The notes beneath the pieces were generated by a model, which searched no databases, was not told the DNA's origin, and worked only from the letters and a program-made list of their open reading frames with translations. DNA of 64,000 nt from Desulfobacteraceae bacterium (lineage in GTDB: Bacteria; Desulfobacterota; Desulfobacteria; Desulfobacterales; JAABSP01). Position 1 is the first letter of the stretch, and every line of letters starts with the position of its first letter. The stretch covers positions 6,206-70,205 of the forward strand of contig JAABSP010000022.1 of the NCBI GenBank assembly GCA_011390345.1, in the 5' to 3' direction. Shown in pieces: positions 18,660-27,160 of this stretch. The position numbers and the translations under genes were made by a program.

Positions 18660-19409
18660 TCAGGTTCTTCGGTTTTGGATGATCACGCCATTGACGAACA
18701 GCATGAAGGCGATCACCGACAGGTAATAGAAAAGATCCCTCAGATCGAGCACGCCCCGCTCGATGGAGAGGAAATGGGTCAAAAAACTTGAGTTGGAGAC
18801 GATGTTCACCAGCCATACCGGAGCCCAGCCCGAAAGCATACGGATCACCGGCGGATATCCGGCAAGGATGAAGAATAGGCAGATCACGATGGCCACGATG
18901 AAGCTCACCACCTGGCTGCGGGTGATGGCCGATGTCATGGAGCCGACGCTCAAAAACGCGCCGGCCATGAGAAAGCTGCCGATATAGGCGCACAAGGTCG
19001 CGCCCAGATCCGGATTGCCGAGATAGGAGACGGTGATGACCATGGGAAAGGTGAGGGCAAGGGCCGTTCCCACGAAGATCCAGGCCGCGAGGAATTTGCC
19101 CAGAATCGCCTCCCAGACCGTCACCGGAAAGGTCAGGATAAGCTCGATGGTTCCCATCCGCCGCTCCTCGGCCCATAGGCGCATGGCCACAGCCGGGATG
19201 AGAAACATGAAGACCCAGGGGTGCCACTGGAAAAAGGCCCTCAGGTCAGCCTGCCCCAGCTCGAAAAAGTTGCTGATGTAGAAGGTGAAAAACCCTAAAA
19301 GCAGCAGAAAGATCACGATGAATACATAGGCCACGGCCGATCCGAAGTAGCCGAACAGCTCCCGCTTGAAGATGGCCGTGACGTTTGCGAGGGATTCGTT
19401 TGTCCTCAT
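18660..19409 (-). CDS. ABC-2 type transporter permease (GldF-like)
   Basis: It is a 249-aa polytopic membrane protein located between the ATPase and the GldG-like gene. Confidence 0.8.
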   Translation of the reverse strand: MRTNESLANVTAIFKRELFGYFGSAVAYVFIVIFLLLLGFFTFYISNFFELGQADLRAFFQWHPWVFMFLIPAVAMRLWAEERRMGTIELILTFPVTVWEAILGKFLAAWIFVGTALALTFPMVITVSYLGNPDLGATLCAYIGSFLMAGAFLSVGSMTSAITRSQVVSFIVAIVICLFFILAGYPPVIRMLSGWAPVWLVNIVSNSSFLTHFLSIERGVLDLRDLFYYLSVIAFMLFVNGVIIQNRRT

Positions 19410-19442
19410 GTGGTCCTCTTCTTTCGTCTTTATAATGTCGGT

Positions 19443-20378
19443 TTATGCGGTGGTGATGCTGCGGAAAACCTCGTCGAGCCGGCCCTGCTCCACAAAGAAG
19501 GAGACGGTCTCGTACCGCTTGTCGGAAAGGGCCGCCATGATGCTGTCCACGGCCTGGGGGCCCGGCGTCACCGGATAGATCCTGGCCCAGAAGATCCCGT
19601 CGGCCGTGTCCACGATTTTGACGGTTCTGACCGTATCCAGCCCTGAAAGATCCGAGACAAAGCTGTCCGTATCGGCCCCTTTCACGGAGAGGGAGACGGC
19701 CCCGTGCAGCTCGGATCGCCCTTTGAGTTCTGCCGGGGTCTCGTCCGCGACGATCCTGCCTTTGGCGATGATCACGGCCCGGGTGCAGACCGCCTCCATC
19801 TCGTCGAGGATGTGGGTGGAGAGGATGATCGCCTTTTTGGCGCTCATCTCCCGGATCATGAGCCGCACCTCATGCTTCTGGTTCGGGTCCAGCCCGTCCG
19901 TGGGTTCGTCTAAAATGAGATACTCGGGGTCGTGGAGGATGCTCTGGGCAAAGCAGACCCGCTGTTTGAAGCCCTTTGACAAGGTGTTGATGGTCTGGTG
20001 GGTCACTTCTTTTAGAAAACACTTTTCAAGGGTCTCTTCGATCCGGTTTTTCCGTGCTTGGCCCGAAAAGCCCCGGATCTGCGCGCAGAAGTCGAGGTAT
20101 GCCCGGACCGTCATGTCCGGATAGACCGGCGCGTTCTCCGGGAGGTAGCCGATCTTTTTCCGGGCGTTCAGCGAATCTTTCAGGATGTCGCTGCCGCCGA
20201 TGATCGCGGTTCCCGAAGATGGGGGAATGAAGCCGGTGATCATCCGCATGGTGGTCGATTTCCCCGCGGCATTGGGGCCCAAAAAGCCGAGGATCTCCCC
20301 CTTTTCGACCGCAAAAGAGATGTCGTTTACGGCCCTCTTTGCTCCGAAATGTTTACTCAAGTGATTGACTTCGATCAT
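19443..20378 (-). CDS. ABC transporter ATP-binding protein (GldA-like)
   Basis: Walker A is GPNAAGKST, the signature is LSKGFKQR and Walker B is LILDEPTDGLD. Confidence 0.9.
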   Translation of the reverse strand: MIEVNHLSKHFGAKRAVNDISFAVEKGEILGFLGPNAAGKSTTMRMITGFIPPSSGTAIIGGSDILKDSLNARKKIGYLPENAPVYPDMTVRAYLDFCAQIRGFSGQARKNRIEETLEKCFLKEVTHQTINTLSKGFKQRVCFAQSILHDPEYLILDEPTDGLDPNQKHEVRLMIREMSAKKAIILSTHILDEMEAVCTRAVIIAKGRIVADETPAELKGRSELHGAVSLSVKGADTDSFVSDLSGLDTVRTVKIVDTADGIFWARIYPVTPGPQAVDSIMAALSDKRYETVSFFVEQGRLDEVFRSITTA

Positions 20379-20768
20379 AAAATAGACGCTCCGTTCTCTT
20401 CGGTTAATGAATGCAGGGATCGTACATTAAAAAATCATTTCAATTTTATCCAGGAATTCTTTATTGTCAAGAGTCCTTTTTCCGGATTTGGCAATCACAT
20501 CTGGAGATCGTTGAGATGGCCCCCTGAATTTCCTCCCTTTTATACCGCTTATACCGCCTCTTCGAGCTGATCGGTTGCCATTTCATGGACATGCTCCCCT
20601 TTTTTGGTTGTTCTGGGCACTGGTTCAGTTAAATGAGACAGCCCTGTTAATCTGCTAGCAGTATAACTCTTCCGGCCATCTCCAGCAGGAATTGGGACTT
20701 AGAAGGGAGCATACCTTGAACTTTCTCTTGAAGAAGAGGGGGTGATCGTGACTTGACAAAATCCATAA

Positions 20769-20948
20769 TACCGTTGGCGCCCTTTTTTGCCAGATCCCAA
20801 AGATGATGATGTGCTTGAATTGGCTGTTGCCTCAAATGTAAATATCATTACGACTTTCAATATCAAAGATTTTAAAGGTAGTAAAAAATTTGGTGTAAAA
20901 ATTATATCTCCTAAACAACTATTGGAGGAAATAGAATGGGAACTTTAA
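20769..20948 (+). pseudogene. C-terminal fragment of a PIN-family toxin gene
   Basis: The frame is open from the stop at 20766-68 and has no start codon. It reads …PDPKDDDVLELAVASNVNIITTFNIKDFKGSKKFGVKIISPKQLLEEIEWEL*, which matches only the C-terminal half of PIN toxins. Confidence 0.5.
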
Positions 20949-21019
20949 GCCTTCGGTTACCCGAATCCATTCATCGCCATATCCGGGCCGATTATGATTG
21001 GAAGGAAAGGGGAATCGTT

Positions 21020-21124
21020 ATGAAGGCCAGAAAACTGCCCATCGGCATTTCCGGCTTTGAAAAACTGATCGGGGAGGGATACTACTACATCGACAAAACC
21101 CCTTTCATCAAAAATGCAATCTGA
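21020..21124 (+). pseudogene. N-terminal fragment (34 codons) of a predicted AAA-ATPase / PD-(D/E)XK family gene
   Basis: MKARKLPIGISGFEKLIGEGYYYIDKTPFIKN is the characteristic N-terminus of this protein family of about 500 aa, and here it stops after 34 codons. Just upstream, MGTLSLRLPESIHRHIR looks like the first 17 aa of an antitoxin. Confidence 0.5.
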
Positions 21125-21208
21125 ATCAAGGCCGATCTGGGGCCGCCTGTCCTATTTTGCCCCACCCGACGCAATCTTCCGGTTTTATAGTGATCCCAAT
21201 AAATTGAA

Positions 21209-21231
21209 TCCCATTCGGTCTCTGAATGGGA
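21209..21231. promoter_or_regulatory. Perfect 8-bp inverted repeat, candidate enhancer (UAS) for the sigma-54 promoter
   Basis: tcccattc-ggtctct-gaatggga lies about 150-170 bp upstream of the -24/-12 element at 21381. Confidence 0.3.
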
Positions 21232-21380
21232 GGCAAATCTTCCGGGACAATCTCTTTCCGTCATTCCTTATTTTCAGCCTTTTCTCTTCTTTATCTCAAA
21301 AAATTTCCCACATAAGCCTTTAAATATATAACAAATTATAAATCCAGACCGCCACGGATATCCTTCTTGTCAGAAATACA

Positions 21381-21395
21381 GGCACATCCTTTGCA
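21381..21395 (+). promoter_or_regulatory. Sigma-54 (-24/-12) promoter candidate at the head of the DUF362/mft/lar/aor block
   Basis: aGGCACatcctTTGCAt has exact GG-N10-GC spacing and one mismatch to TGGCAC-N5-TTGCA. It lies about 120 nt upstream of the first DUF362 start. Confidence 0.55.
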
Positions 21396-21516
21396 TATAG
21401 CCTCCACTTTGAGAACCAAAGGGAAAGGAGGGATGCAGAAACCGCAGAACATGGAAGTTTTGCACAGGCAAAGGGCGATTGATTTTTGAAATCGGAGAAT
21501 GAAAGGAGGAGACCCG

Positions 21517-23016
21517 GTGGCTGATTACAAATGCGAACCCACCAAGTGGGTCGAGATGTCCCAGCCCGTCGACGGCGGCAGGGACACTTATCAGACAAAG
21601 AGCTGGCATCCGCCCAAGGAGAACTGGGGGCCTTTCACCACATCGGGCACAGCCCCGGTATGGTTTGCGGAGGCCAATGCCACCAACTGGACCGAGTCGA
21701 TGATCTGCAAGGCCAAGGATCTGTTCTACGAGGCCAAGCTGAATGAGTGCTTCGACAAAGGAGACGAGGTCGCTATCAAGATCCACTACGGCGAATGGAA
21801 CCGGACCGCGATCCTGCGGCCCGAATACATCGCGGCCATCGTGGAGGAGGTCAAAGCCTGCGGCGGCAACCCCTATGTGGTCAACGACACGACGTTGTCC
21901 TACCACATCTTCAATTCCATGGCCTATTCCCACTATCAGAAGGCCGGCGCGACCCGCCACGGGTACACCGACGCGACCTTCGGATGTCCGGTGGTCGTGG
22001 CCGACGGTTTTGCAGGTGAGGATGATTATCGGGTGGACATTCCCGACGGATTGATCCTCAAGGAGACCTACATCGGCCGGGCCGTCGCGGAGGCAGACGC
22101 GATGATCGTGCTGGCCCACGCCCGGGGGCACGCCATCACCATGTACGGCGGCGCGCTGAAGCAGCTCGGGATCGGGTGCCAGTCCAAGCGGGGCAAGTAC
22201 ATCACTCACCTGGCCCACTGGGGCGATCCCCATGATGCGATCGGCTGGCCCAAGTTTACGGACCAGTGTCCGGGCAAGGCGTGCAAGTTCCATCAGATGT
22301 GCGATGACTCCTGTCCCAGAGGCGCACATCATGTGGTGGAGCACGGCAAGGTCTGGGACCCCTCCAAGTGCCGTCTCTGCTACTCCTGTCAGGTGACCTG
22401 CATCTTTTCGGGCATGACCGGCATCACCTTTGAGGAGAACTACTTCCCCAATGCGATGATCGCACATGCGGATGCGGCCCTGGGCGCGCTCAAGTGCTTC
22501 GAGAAGGGGAAGGTCGGCTACATCAACCATGCCATTGACGTGGTTCCGGAGTGCGACTGCTTCCCGTGGGCCGGTCTTGCCATCTGCGCGGATGTGGGGC
22601 TTTTTGCCGGCAAGGATCTGGTGGCCGTGGAGATGGCGACTCTGGATGCCATCGACAAGATGGCCATCAGCCCGGGATCGGTGGCCGAGGAGAAGGGGTG
22701 CAAGCCCGGCGACGACAAGTTCCAGATGGTCAACGGCTTCAGCCCGAGGATCACCATGGCCGCGGCCGAAAAGATCGGACTGGGCGGCCAGAAGTATGAG
22801 CTGATCAACTACGAGCCGGTGCTCTCCCCGGAGAGCGCGGCCCGCTGGCAGGTCCGGGGCGCAGGCGGCGAAAAGGGCAAGGCGACTACGCTGCGACTGA
22901 GAGAGACGTTCCATCGGAATGATCTCGCCACCGAAGTGCAGCCCTTCAGGCGGACCGATTACAACAAGGAGTGGGTCTTCAGCGAGTGGAAGAAGTACGA
23001 TCCCTTCAGCAAATAG
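21517..23016 (+). CDS. DUF362-family protein with Cys-rich (ferredoxin-like) insert
   Basis: …GDEVAIKIHYGEWNRTAILRPEYIAAIVEEVKACGGNPYVVNDT… and …INHAIDVVPECDCFPWAG… fit DUF362. The Cys-rich insert is CPGKACKFHQMCDDSCPRG…CRLCYSCQVTC. I prefer the GTG at 21517, with AGGAGG 6 nt upstream, over the ATG at 21499. Confidence 0.75.
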   Translation: MADYKCEPTKWVEMSQPVDGGRDTYQTKSWHPPKENWGPFTTSGTAPVWFAEANATNWTESMICKAKDLFYEAKLNECFDKGDEVAIKIHYGEWNRTAILRPEYIAAIVEEVKACGGNPYVVNDTTLSYHIFNSMAYSHYQKAGATRHGYTDATFGCPVVVADGFAGEDDYRVDIPDGLILKETYIGRAVAEADAMIVLAHARGHAITMYGGALKQLGIGCQSKRGKYITHLAHWGDPHDAIGWPKFTDQCPGKACKFHQMCDDSCPRGAHHVVEHGKVWDPSKCRLCYSCQVTCIFSGMTGITFEENYFPNAMIAHADAALGALKCFEKGKVGYINHAIDVVPECDCFPWAGLAICADVGLFAGKDLVAVEMATLDAIDKMAISPGSVAEEKGCKPGDDKFQMVNGFSPRITMAAAEKIGLGGQKYELINYEPVLSPESAARWQVRGAGGEKGKATTLRLRETFHRNDLATEVQPFRRTDYNKEWVFSEWKKYDPFSK

Positions 23017-23136
23017 ACCCGGCAGGTGAGTTGTAGCTGATTGCAGGAGAAAAGCCGGGGGAGGCAATCTGCCTTCTCCGGCCCCTTTCCCGAGCATAAA
23101 AACCGAATTAAGATCGCAATCGGGAGACAGAGATCC

Positions 23137-24072
23137 ATGAGCGAAGTAGTATGGGTGGATACCCGGCAGATGAGCTTTGAAAATTCGATCCGTCACAAGC
23201 TTCTCCGCCTGTCCGAGGCCGCAGGGATCATCGAGGATCTTTTGGAATCGATGCAGGTGGCGGTGAAGATCAACACCGCGGAAGAGGGGTATGAGTATGG
23301 CCTTCGGCCCAACTTCATCCAGGTCTTTACTGAGGTCATGGAGGAGAAGACCCTCAAATGCCCCCTGATCTGTGACGGACAGCGTCTGGTGGACTACTGG
23401 CGAAAGGCCCGGGGGAATACCTTTCTGAAGACGGCCGGGGCCAGGGGATACAGCAAAGAGACTCTGGGAGGGCTTTTTCTCCTAAACGGCGGATTTTCGG
23501 GCGATGAGGGGGATCTTTATCCCTGCGGCTCGACCGAATCGGAGCTGGGCGGGGTCGAAGTGGGGGCCGCGGTCTGCCGGGCCGATGCGCTACGGGTGCT
23601 CTCCCATGTGACTTTGCACCCGCTCTTTGGAATAAATGGTGCGCTGTTGAACAGCGGGTTTGAATGTCTGTCGGGCAGGGCAAGGACCCGGGTGCTGCAG
23701 GGGTTGAGCCCTTATATCTTCAACGGCAGCCGGCCCGGAAGGGATCAGGTGAATGGATTTCAGCGGCGGGCTCTGGAGAGCTGTTTCGGGGTTCGGACCG
23801 CTGTTGAAGAGCGAATCTTTTACGTCAACTATCTCTGGGATGTTACGCCCCAGCCCGAATATTATCCTTTCAGCGAGGGGCCGGTGGCGGAGAATATCGG
23901 CTTTCTCGCCTCCAATGACCCGGTGGCCCTGGACGGCGCCACTTGGGCACTGATAACAAAACAGAATCCCGCAATCGAGGAGATGGTCGGTGTCGATGTT
24001 CCCGGTCTGATCCGAACAGCGGCCGATATGGGGCTGGGCAGTGCGGAATGGTCGATCCGGCAGATCTCCTGA
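23137..24072 (+). CDS. Second DUF362-family protein (no Fe-S insert)
   Basis: …MQVAVKINTAEEGYEYGLRPNFIQVFTEVMEE… and …ASNDPVALDGATWALI… are DUF362-like. I used the ATG at 23137 within ORF 23041..24072. Confidence 0.7.
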   Translation: MSEVVWVDTRQMSFENSIRHKLLRLSEAAGIIEDLLESMQVAVKINTAEEGYEYGLRPNFIQVFTEVMEEKTLKCPLICDGQRLVDYWRKARGNTFLKTAGARGYSKETLGGLFLLNGGFSGDEGDLYPCGSTESELGGVEVGAAVCRADALRVLSHVTLHPLFGINGALLNSGFECLSGRARTRVLQGLSPYIFNGSRPGRDQVNGFQRRALESCFGVRTAVEERIFYVNYLWDVTPQPEYYPFSEGPVAENIGFLASNDPVALDGATWALITKQNPAIEEMVGVDVPGLIRTAADMGLGSAEWSIRQIS

Positions 24073-24121
24073 CCCCGTCAATTTTCAGATGCAAACAGAT
24101 TTTTTCTAAGGAGGAGCCGAA

Positions 24122-25129
24122 ATGACGATGAACCGAAGCGAGTTCGTCGATCGCCAGAAACAGCAATTGATGAATGAGGGGGCCATCGCGGATGCCCTTC
24201 AGTATGTCCGGTACAAGATCGCGATCCTCTCCGGAAAGGGCGGCGTGGGAAAGACCGCGGCCACGGTGAACCTCGCGGCCGCACTGCAGAAGGCCGGGAA
24301 CCGGGTGGGGATCTTTGACGCGGATCTCCACGGCCCCAGCATTCCCAAGATGCTCGGGATCAAAAAGGAGCAGGCAAGGCTCAACGGCGCGTTCTGGCTC
24401 GATCCTGTGGTCACGGCAACTGGAATCAAGGCGCTCTCGGTTGCCCTCTTCTGGCCCGGGGAGATGACCCCGGTGATGTGGCGGGGCCAGACCAAGAGCC
24501 GCACCATTCGCCAACTCCTTTCTGCGGCCAAATGGGGGGGGCTCGACTATCTGCTGGTCGATCTTCCTCCGGGAACCGGGGATGAGCCTATCGCGATTTT
24601 AAAGTCGATCCCGGATCTGGACGGCGTCATCATCGTCACCACGCCCCAGGAGGTCTCCACCATGGTCTGCTCCAAGGCCATCAACGCCTCCGTCACACTG
24701 GGGGCCAAGGTGCTGGGCCTCATTGAGAACATGAGCCACTACACATGCAGTTGCGGTGATACGGTCTATCTCTTCGGTAGAGACAAGGGGAAACAGCTTG
24801 CGCGGATGATGGAGATCCCGTTTCTGGGGTCAGTCCCCATCGACCCGCAATTCTCCGAGGCGGCCGATACCGGGGTTCCGGTGGTCGATCTCCATCCCCA
24901 AAGCCTGACGGCCACTTCCTTTACCAGAATCGCGGATACCCTGAGCAGCCAACTCCCCCCAAAGGCGGTCAAGGAGGCCCCGCCCGAAGAGCACAAGCCC
25001 TGCCCCGGAGCCAGCCATCATCACGGCCACGGAGAGGGAAGTCACTGCAGCCACGGCCATATCCATGCCAGGCCCAAGGAGGAGGACGGGTGCGGGTGCG
25101 GACATGGCCATGAGCATCATCGGCATTGA
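24122..25129 (+). CDS. Mrp/NBP35(ApbC)-family P-loop ATPase with a C-terminal His/Cys-rich tail
   Basis: The deviant Walker A is ILSGKGGVGKT, followed by DLPPGTGDE and MSHYTCSCGD. The tail reads CPGASHHHGHGEGSHCSHGHIHARPKEEDGCGCGHGHEHHRH. Confidence 0.85.
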   Translation: MTMNRSEFVDRQKQQLMNEGAIADALQYVRYKIAILSGKGGVGKTAATVNLAAALQKAGNRVGIFDADLHGPSIPKMLGIKKEQARLNGAFWLDPVVTATGIKALSVALFWPGEMTPVMWRGQTKSRTIRQLLSAAKWGGLDYLLVDLPPGTGDEPIAILKSIPDLDGVIIVTTPQEVSTMVCSKAINASVTLGAKVLGLIENMSHYTCSCGDTVYLFGRDKGKQLARMMEIPFLGSVPIDPQFSEAADTGVPVVDLHPQSLTATSFTRIADTLSSQLPPKAVKEAPPEEHKPCPGASHHHGHGEGSHCSHGHIHARPKEEDGCGCGHGHEHHRH

Positions 25130-25212
25130 GGTTGGTGGCTGGTGAATAGTGGCTGGTGGCTGGTGGTTGGTGACTGGTGGCTGGTGGTTGGTGACTGGTG
25201 GCTGGTGGTGAA
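25130..25212. repeat. G/T-rich tandem repeat (about 21-bp unit ggttggtgactggtggctggt)
   Basis: Two perfect 21-bp copies plus degenerate flanking copies start immediately after the Mrp stop codon. Confidence 0.85.
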
Positions 25213-25287
25213 TTGATAAAATCCGAAACTGCTGTTTTTTATAGTTTTGCTTTGATTATCCATTTTGAAGAATAAGGAGGAACCAAA

Positions 25288-25614
25288 TTGAGCGATCAGA
25301 AGATGGGAACCCATTATGTGAGAGAGGTGTGTGAGATTTTCAGAAATGTGGCGGCAAAGAGCCCCTTTCCCGATGTCCAGGAGCGGCTGAACAAGATCGC
25401 AGACGAGCTGGAGCCGATCGCGACCAAGCTCTACTTCAAGACCCAGAAGGGAACCGAGGACATGAAGGAGCTGGCTGAGCAGGCACAGGATCTCGACGCG
25501 AAGCTCTCCGCATGCAAGGAGTCCGGAGAGGCCGATGCGGTCTGCAATCCCTTCTTCGTGGAGCTGGAGAAGATCATCAAGCACGTCAAGACCATGAAGG
25601 TACGGATGACCTGA
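25288..25614 (+). CDS. Hypothetical helical protein (108 aa)
   Basis: It is an ORF with AAGGAGG 7 nt upstream of a TTG start. I recognised no family. Confidence 0.5.
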   Translation: MSDQKMGTHYVREVCEIFRNVAAKSPFPDVQERLNKIADELEPIATKLYFKTQKGTEDMKELAEQAQDLDAKLSACKESGEADAVCNPFFVELEKIIKHVKTMKVRMT

Positions 25615-25626
25615 AGGAGATCTTCA

Positions 25627-26055
25627 ATGGAACAGCATGCGACGGCGCAGGAGCCGGCGGAACAGTGTCCGGAAGCTGTAGAGAATGGCGCAGGGATCAC
25701 CGAAGAGATGAGCCGGGAGATGGTCGAGGATATTACCCGGCTCGGCATTCGCACCGCGGTGCTGCTCAGAGGGGTGATGCTTCAGAAGGTGGATCGGGAG
25801 ACCCTCCGGTGGGGGCTGGACGAGCTGGGGGTGGATGATCTGATGGCGCGGTATATCGGCCCGCTGCTGAATGTACCGGATCATGTGCAACTGCTGAACC
25901 TGCTCTACCTCGTCTACGGCCTCCACGGACAGATCGACTATCAGATCCGGGAGTACGGGCTCGACTCTTTGAAGGATGACCTTCAGGAGATCAATTTCAG
26001 CCTGCAGCAGATCGGCGAGCAGTTCCGGCTCGAAGAGTTGAAGGTGGCGATTTAA
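25627..26055 (+). CDS. Hypothetical protein (142 aa)
   Basis: It is an intact ORF 12 nt after the previous stop. I recognised no family. Confidence 0.5.
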   Translation: MEQHATAQEPAEQCPEAVENGAGITEEMSREMVEDITRLGIRTAVLLRGVMLQKVDRETLRWGLDELGVDDLMARYIGPLLNVPDHVQLLNLLYLVYGLHGQIDYQIREYGLDSLKDDLQEINFSLQQIGEQFRLEELKVAI

Positions 26056-26094
26056 GAGATATTTGGGTAAAGGATTAGGAAAAGGAGCAAAAGG

Positions 26095-26907
26095 ATGAAA
26101 CTGAAAGAGAAGGTGGCCATCGTCACCGGCGGGGCAAGGGGCAACGGATTTGCCGCGGCAAAGTGCATGGCCCAAGAGGGTGCGCATATCGTCATCGCGG
26201 ATATCTGCGAGGATATGGAGACGATTCCGTATAAGATGACCACCGCAGAGGGGATGGAAAAGGCGGTGGGAGAGATCCAGTCCCTGGGCGTGAAGGCGCT
26301 TGGAATCAAGTGCGACGTGCGCAAGGCGGCCGATGTGGAGCAGATGGTGGAAAAGGTGATCGCCGAGTTCGGGAAGATCGACATCCTGGTCAACAACGCA
26401 GGCAACACCTCTATGGTCGCGATCGCGGATATGGACGAGAAGACCTGGGATGAGGTGCTCGACACTCATCTCAAAGGGATGTACCTCTGCTGCCGGTATG
26501 CGCTGCCCCATATGATCAACGCCCATTCCGGATGCATCATCAGCATCTCCTCGGTGGGAGGGCAGCGGGGATTCGGCATGGGAGGCCACTACTGTGCAGC
26601 CAAGCACGGGATCATCGGCCTGAACAAATCGATCGCGATGGAGGTGGCCGATCACAATATTCGCGCCAATGTGGTCTGTCCGGGAACGGTCTGGACAGAC
26701 ATGATGAAGGGGATCGCGTCCTATTTTGGAATGGACGACGAGGCCGAGGCCAAAGAGCAGTTCTTCGCGGGACACATGATCAAAGATCCCGAGGTCGCGC
26801 CGGAGGACATCGGCCGGGCCGTCTGCTGGCTGGCCACCGACGACACGCGGTGCATCACCGGAAACATGATCACCGTGGACGGCGGCTGGACTGCGCAGGC
26901 CCCATAA
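26095..26907 (+). CDS. SDR-family oxidoreductase of the mycofactocin-coupled type
   Basis: TGGARGNG is the Rossmann motif. The characteristic insertion IVIADICEDMETIPYKMTTAEGMEKAV resembles the DIC…VPYPMATPEDL insert of mycofactocin-associated SDRs. The catalytic motif is YCAAK. The gene lies immediately upstream of mftA. Confidence 0.8.
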   Translation: MKLKEKVAIVTGGARGNGFAAAKCMAQEGAHIVIADICEDMETIPYKMTTAEGMEKAVGEIQSLGVKALGIKCDVRKAADVEQMVEKVIAEFGKIDILVNNAGNTSMVAIADMDEKTWDEVLDTHLKGMYLCCRYALPHMINAHSGCIISISSVGGQRGFGMGGHYCAAKHGIIGLNKSIAMEVADHNIRANVVCPGTVWTDMMKGIASYFGMDDEAEAKEQFFAGHMIKDPEVAPEDIGRAVCWLATDDTRCITGNMITVDGGWTAQAP

Positions 26908-26949
26908 ACCCTCAATCTTTAATTTATCGGAAAGGAGGAAGAGAGACGT

Positions 26950-27090
26950 ATGGAAAAAGAGGCGAGAGAGAAGAACCTGCAGGAGAAGGAGACGGAGCAG
27001 CGTCCCCAGGATACCGTAGAGATTCCGGCCATCCTCGAGGAGGTCAATATCGAGGAGCTTGCTGTGGACGGTATCTGCGGCATCTACTAA
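26950..27090 (+). CDS. mftA: Mycofactocin-type precursor peptide (46 aa), not in the ORF track
   Basis: My own translation gives MEKEAREKNLQEKETEQRPQDTVEIPAILEEVNIEELAVDGICGIY*. AGGAGG lies 11 nt upstream. The C-terminus parallels the canonical MftA …IDGMCGVY. mftB and mftC follow directly. Confidence 0.8.
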   Translation: MEKEAREKNLQEKETEQRPQDTVEIPAILEEVNIEELAVDGICGIY

Positions 27091-27132
27091 GGAAGAAAGA
27101 CCAGACCGAAAACTTCTTCTGTGCCAAAAGGT

Positions 27133-27160
27133 TTCCGGCCTCCTTTCGGGGAGGTCGGAA
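27133..27160 (+). terminator. Stable hairpin just after the precursor gene (attenuator or RNA-stabiliser candidate)
   Basis: ttccggcctcc-tttcgg-ggaggtcggaa forms an 11-bp stem with one G-U pair. No strong T-run follows, so read-through into mftB is likely. Confidence 0.45.

Noticed and set aside
23055-23100. Imperfect long hairpin between the two DUF362 genes
   Set aside because: Only about 15 of 21 positions pair by my count and there is no T-run. This is not convincing as a terminator or riboswitch.
21370-23196. 608-aa minus-strand ORF
   Set aside because: It is antisense to the DUF362 genes. It has GC-driven open frames, an Arg/Gly/Pro-rich composition and no motifs. The + strand genes have RBSs and family-specific motifs.
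25130-25212. G-quadruplex potential of the G/T-rich repeat
   Set aside because: The G-runs are only two long (GG), with no GGG tracts, so a stable canonical G4 is unlikely. I recorded it only as a tandem repeat.
25117-25584. 155-aa minus-strand ORF ending in TTSHQSP repeats
   Set aside because: The repeats are just the translation of the non-coding G/T-rich tandem repeat. The rest is antisense to the 108-aa + strand ORF.
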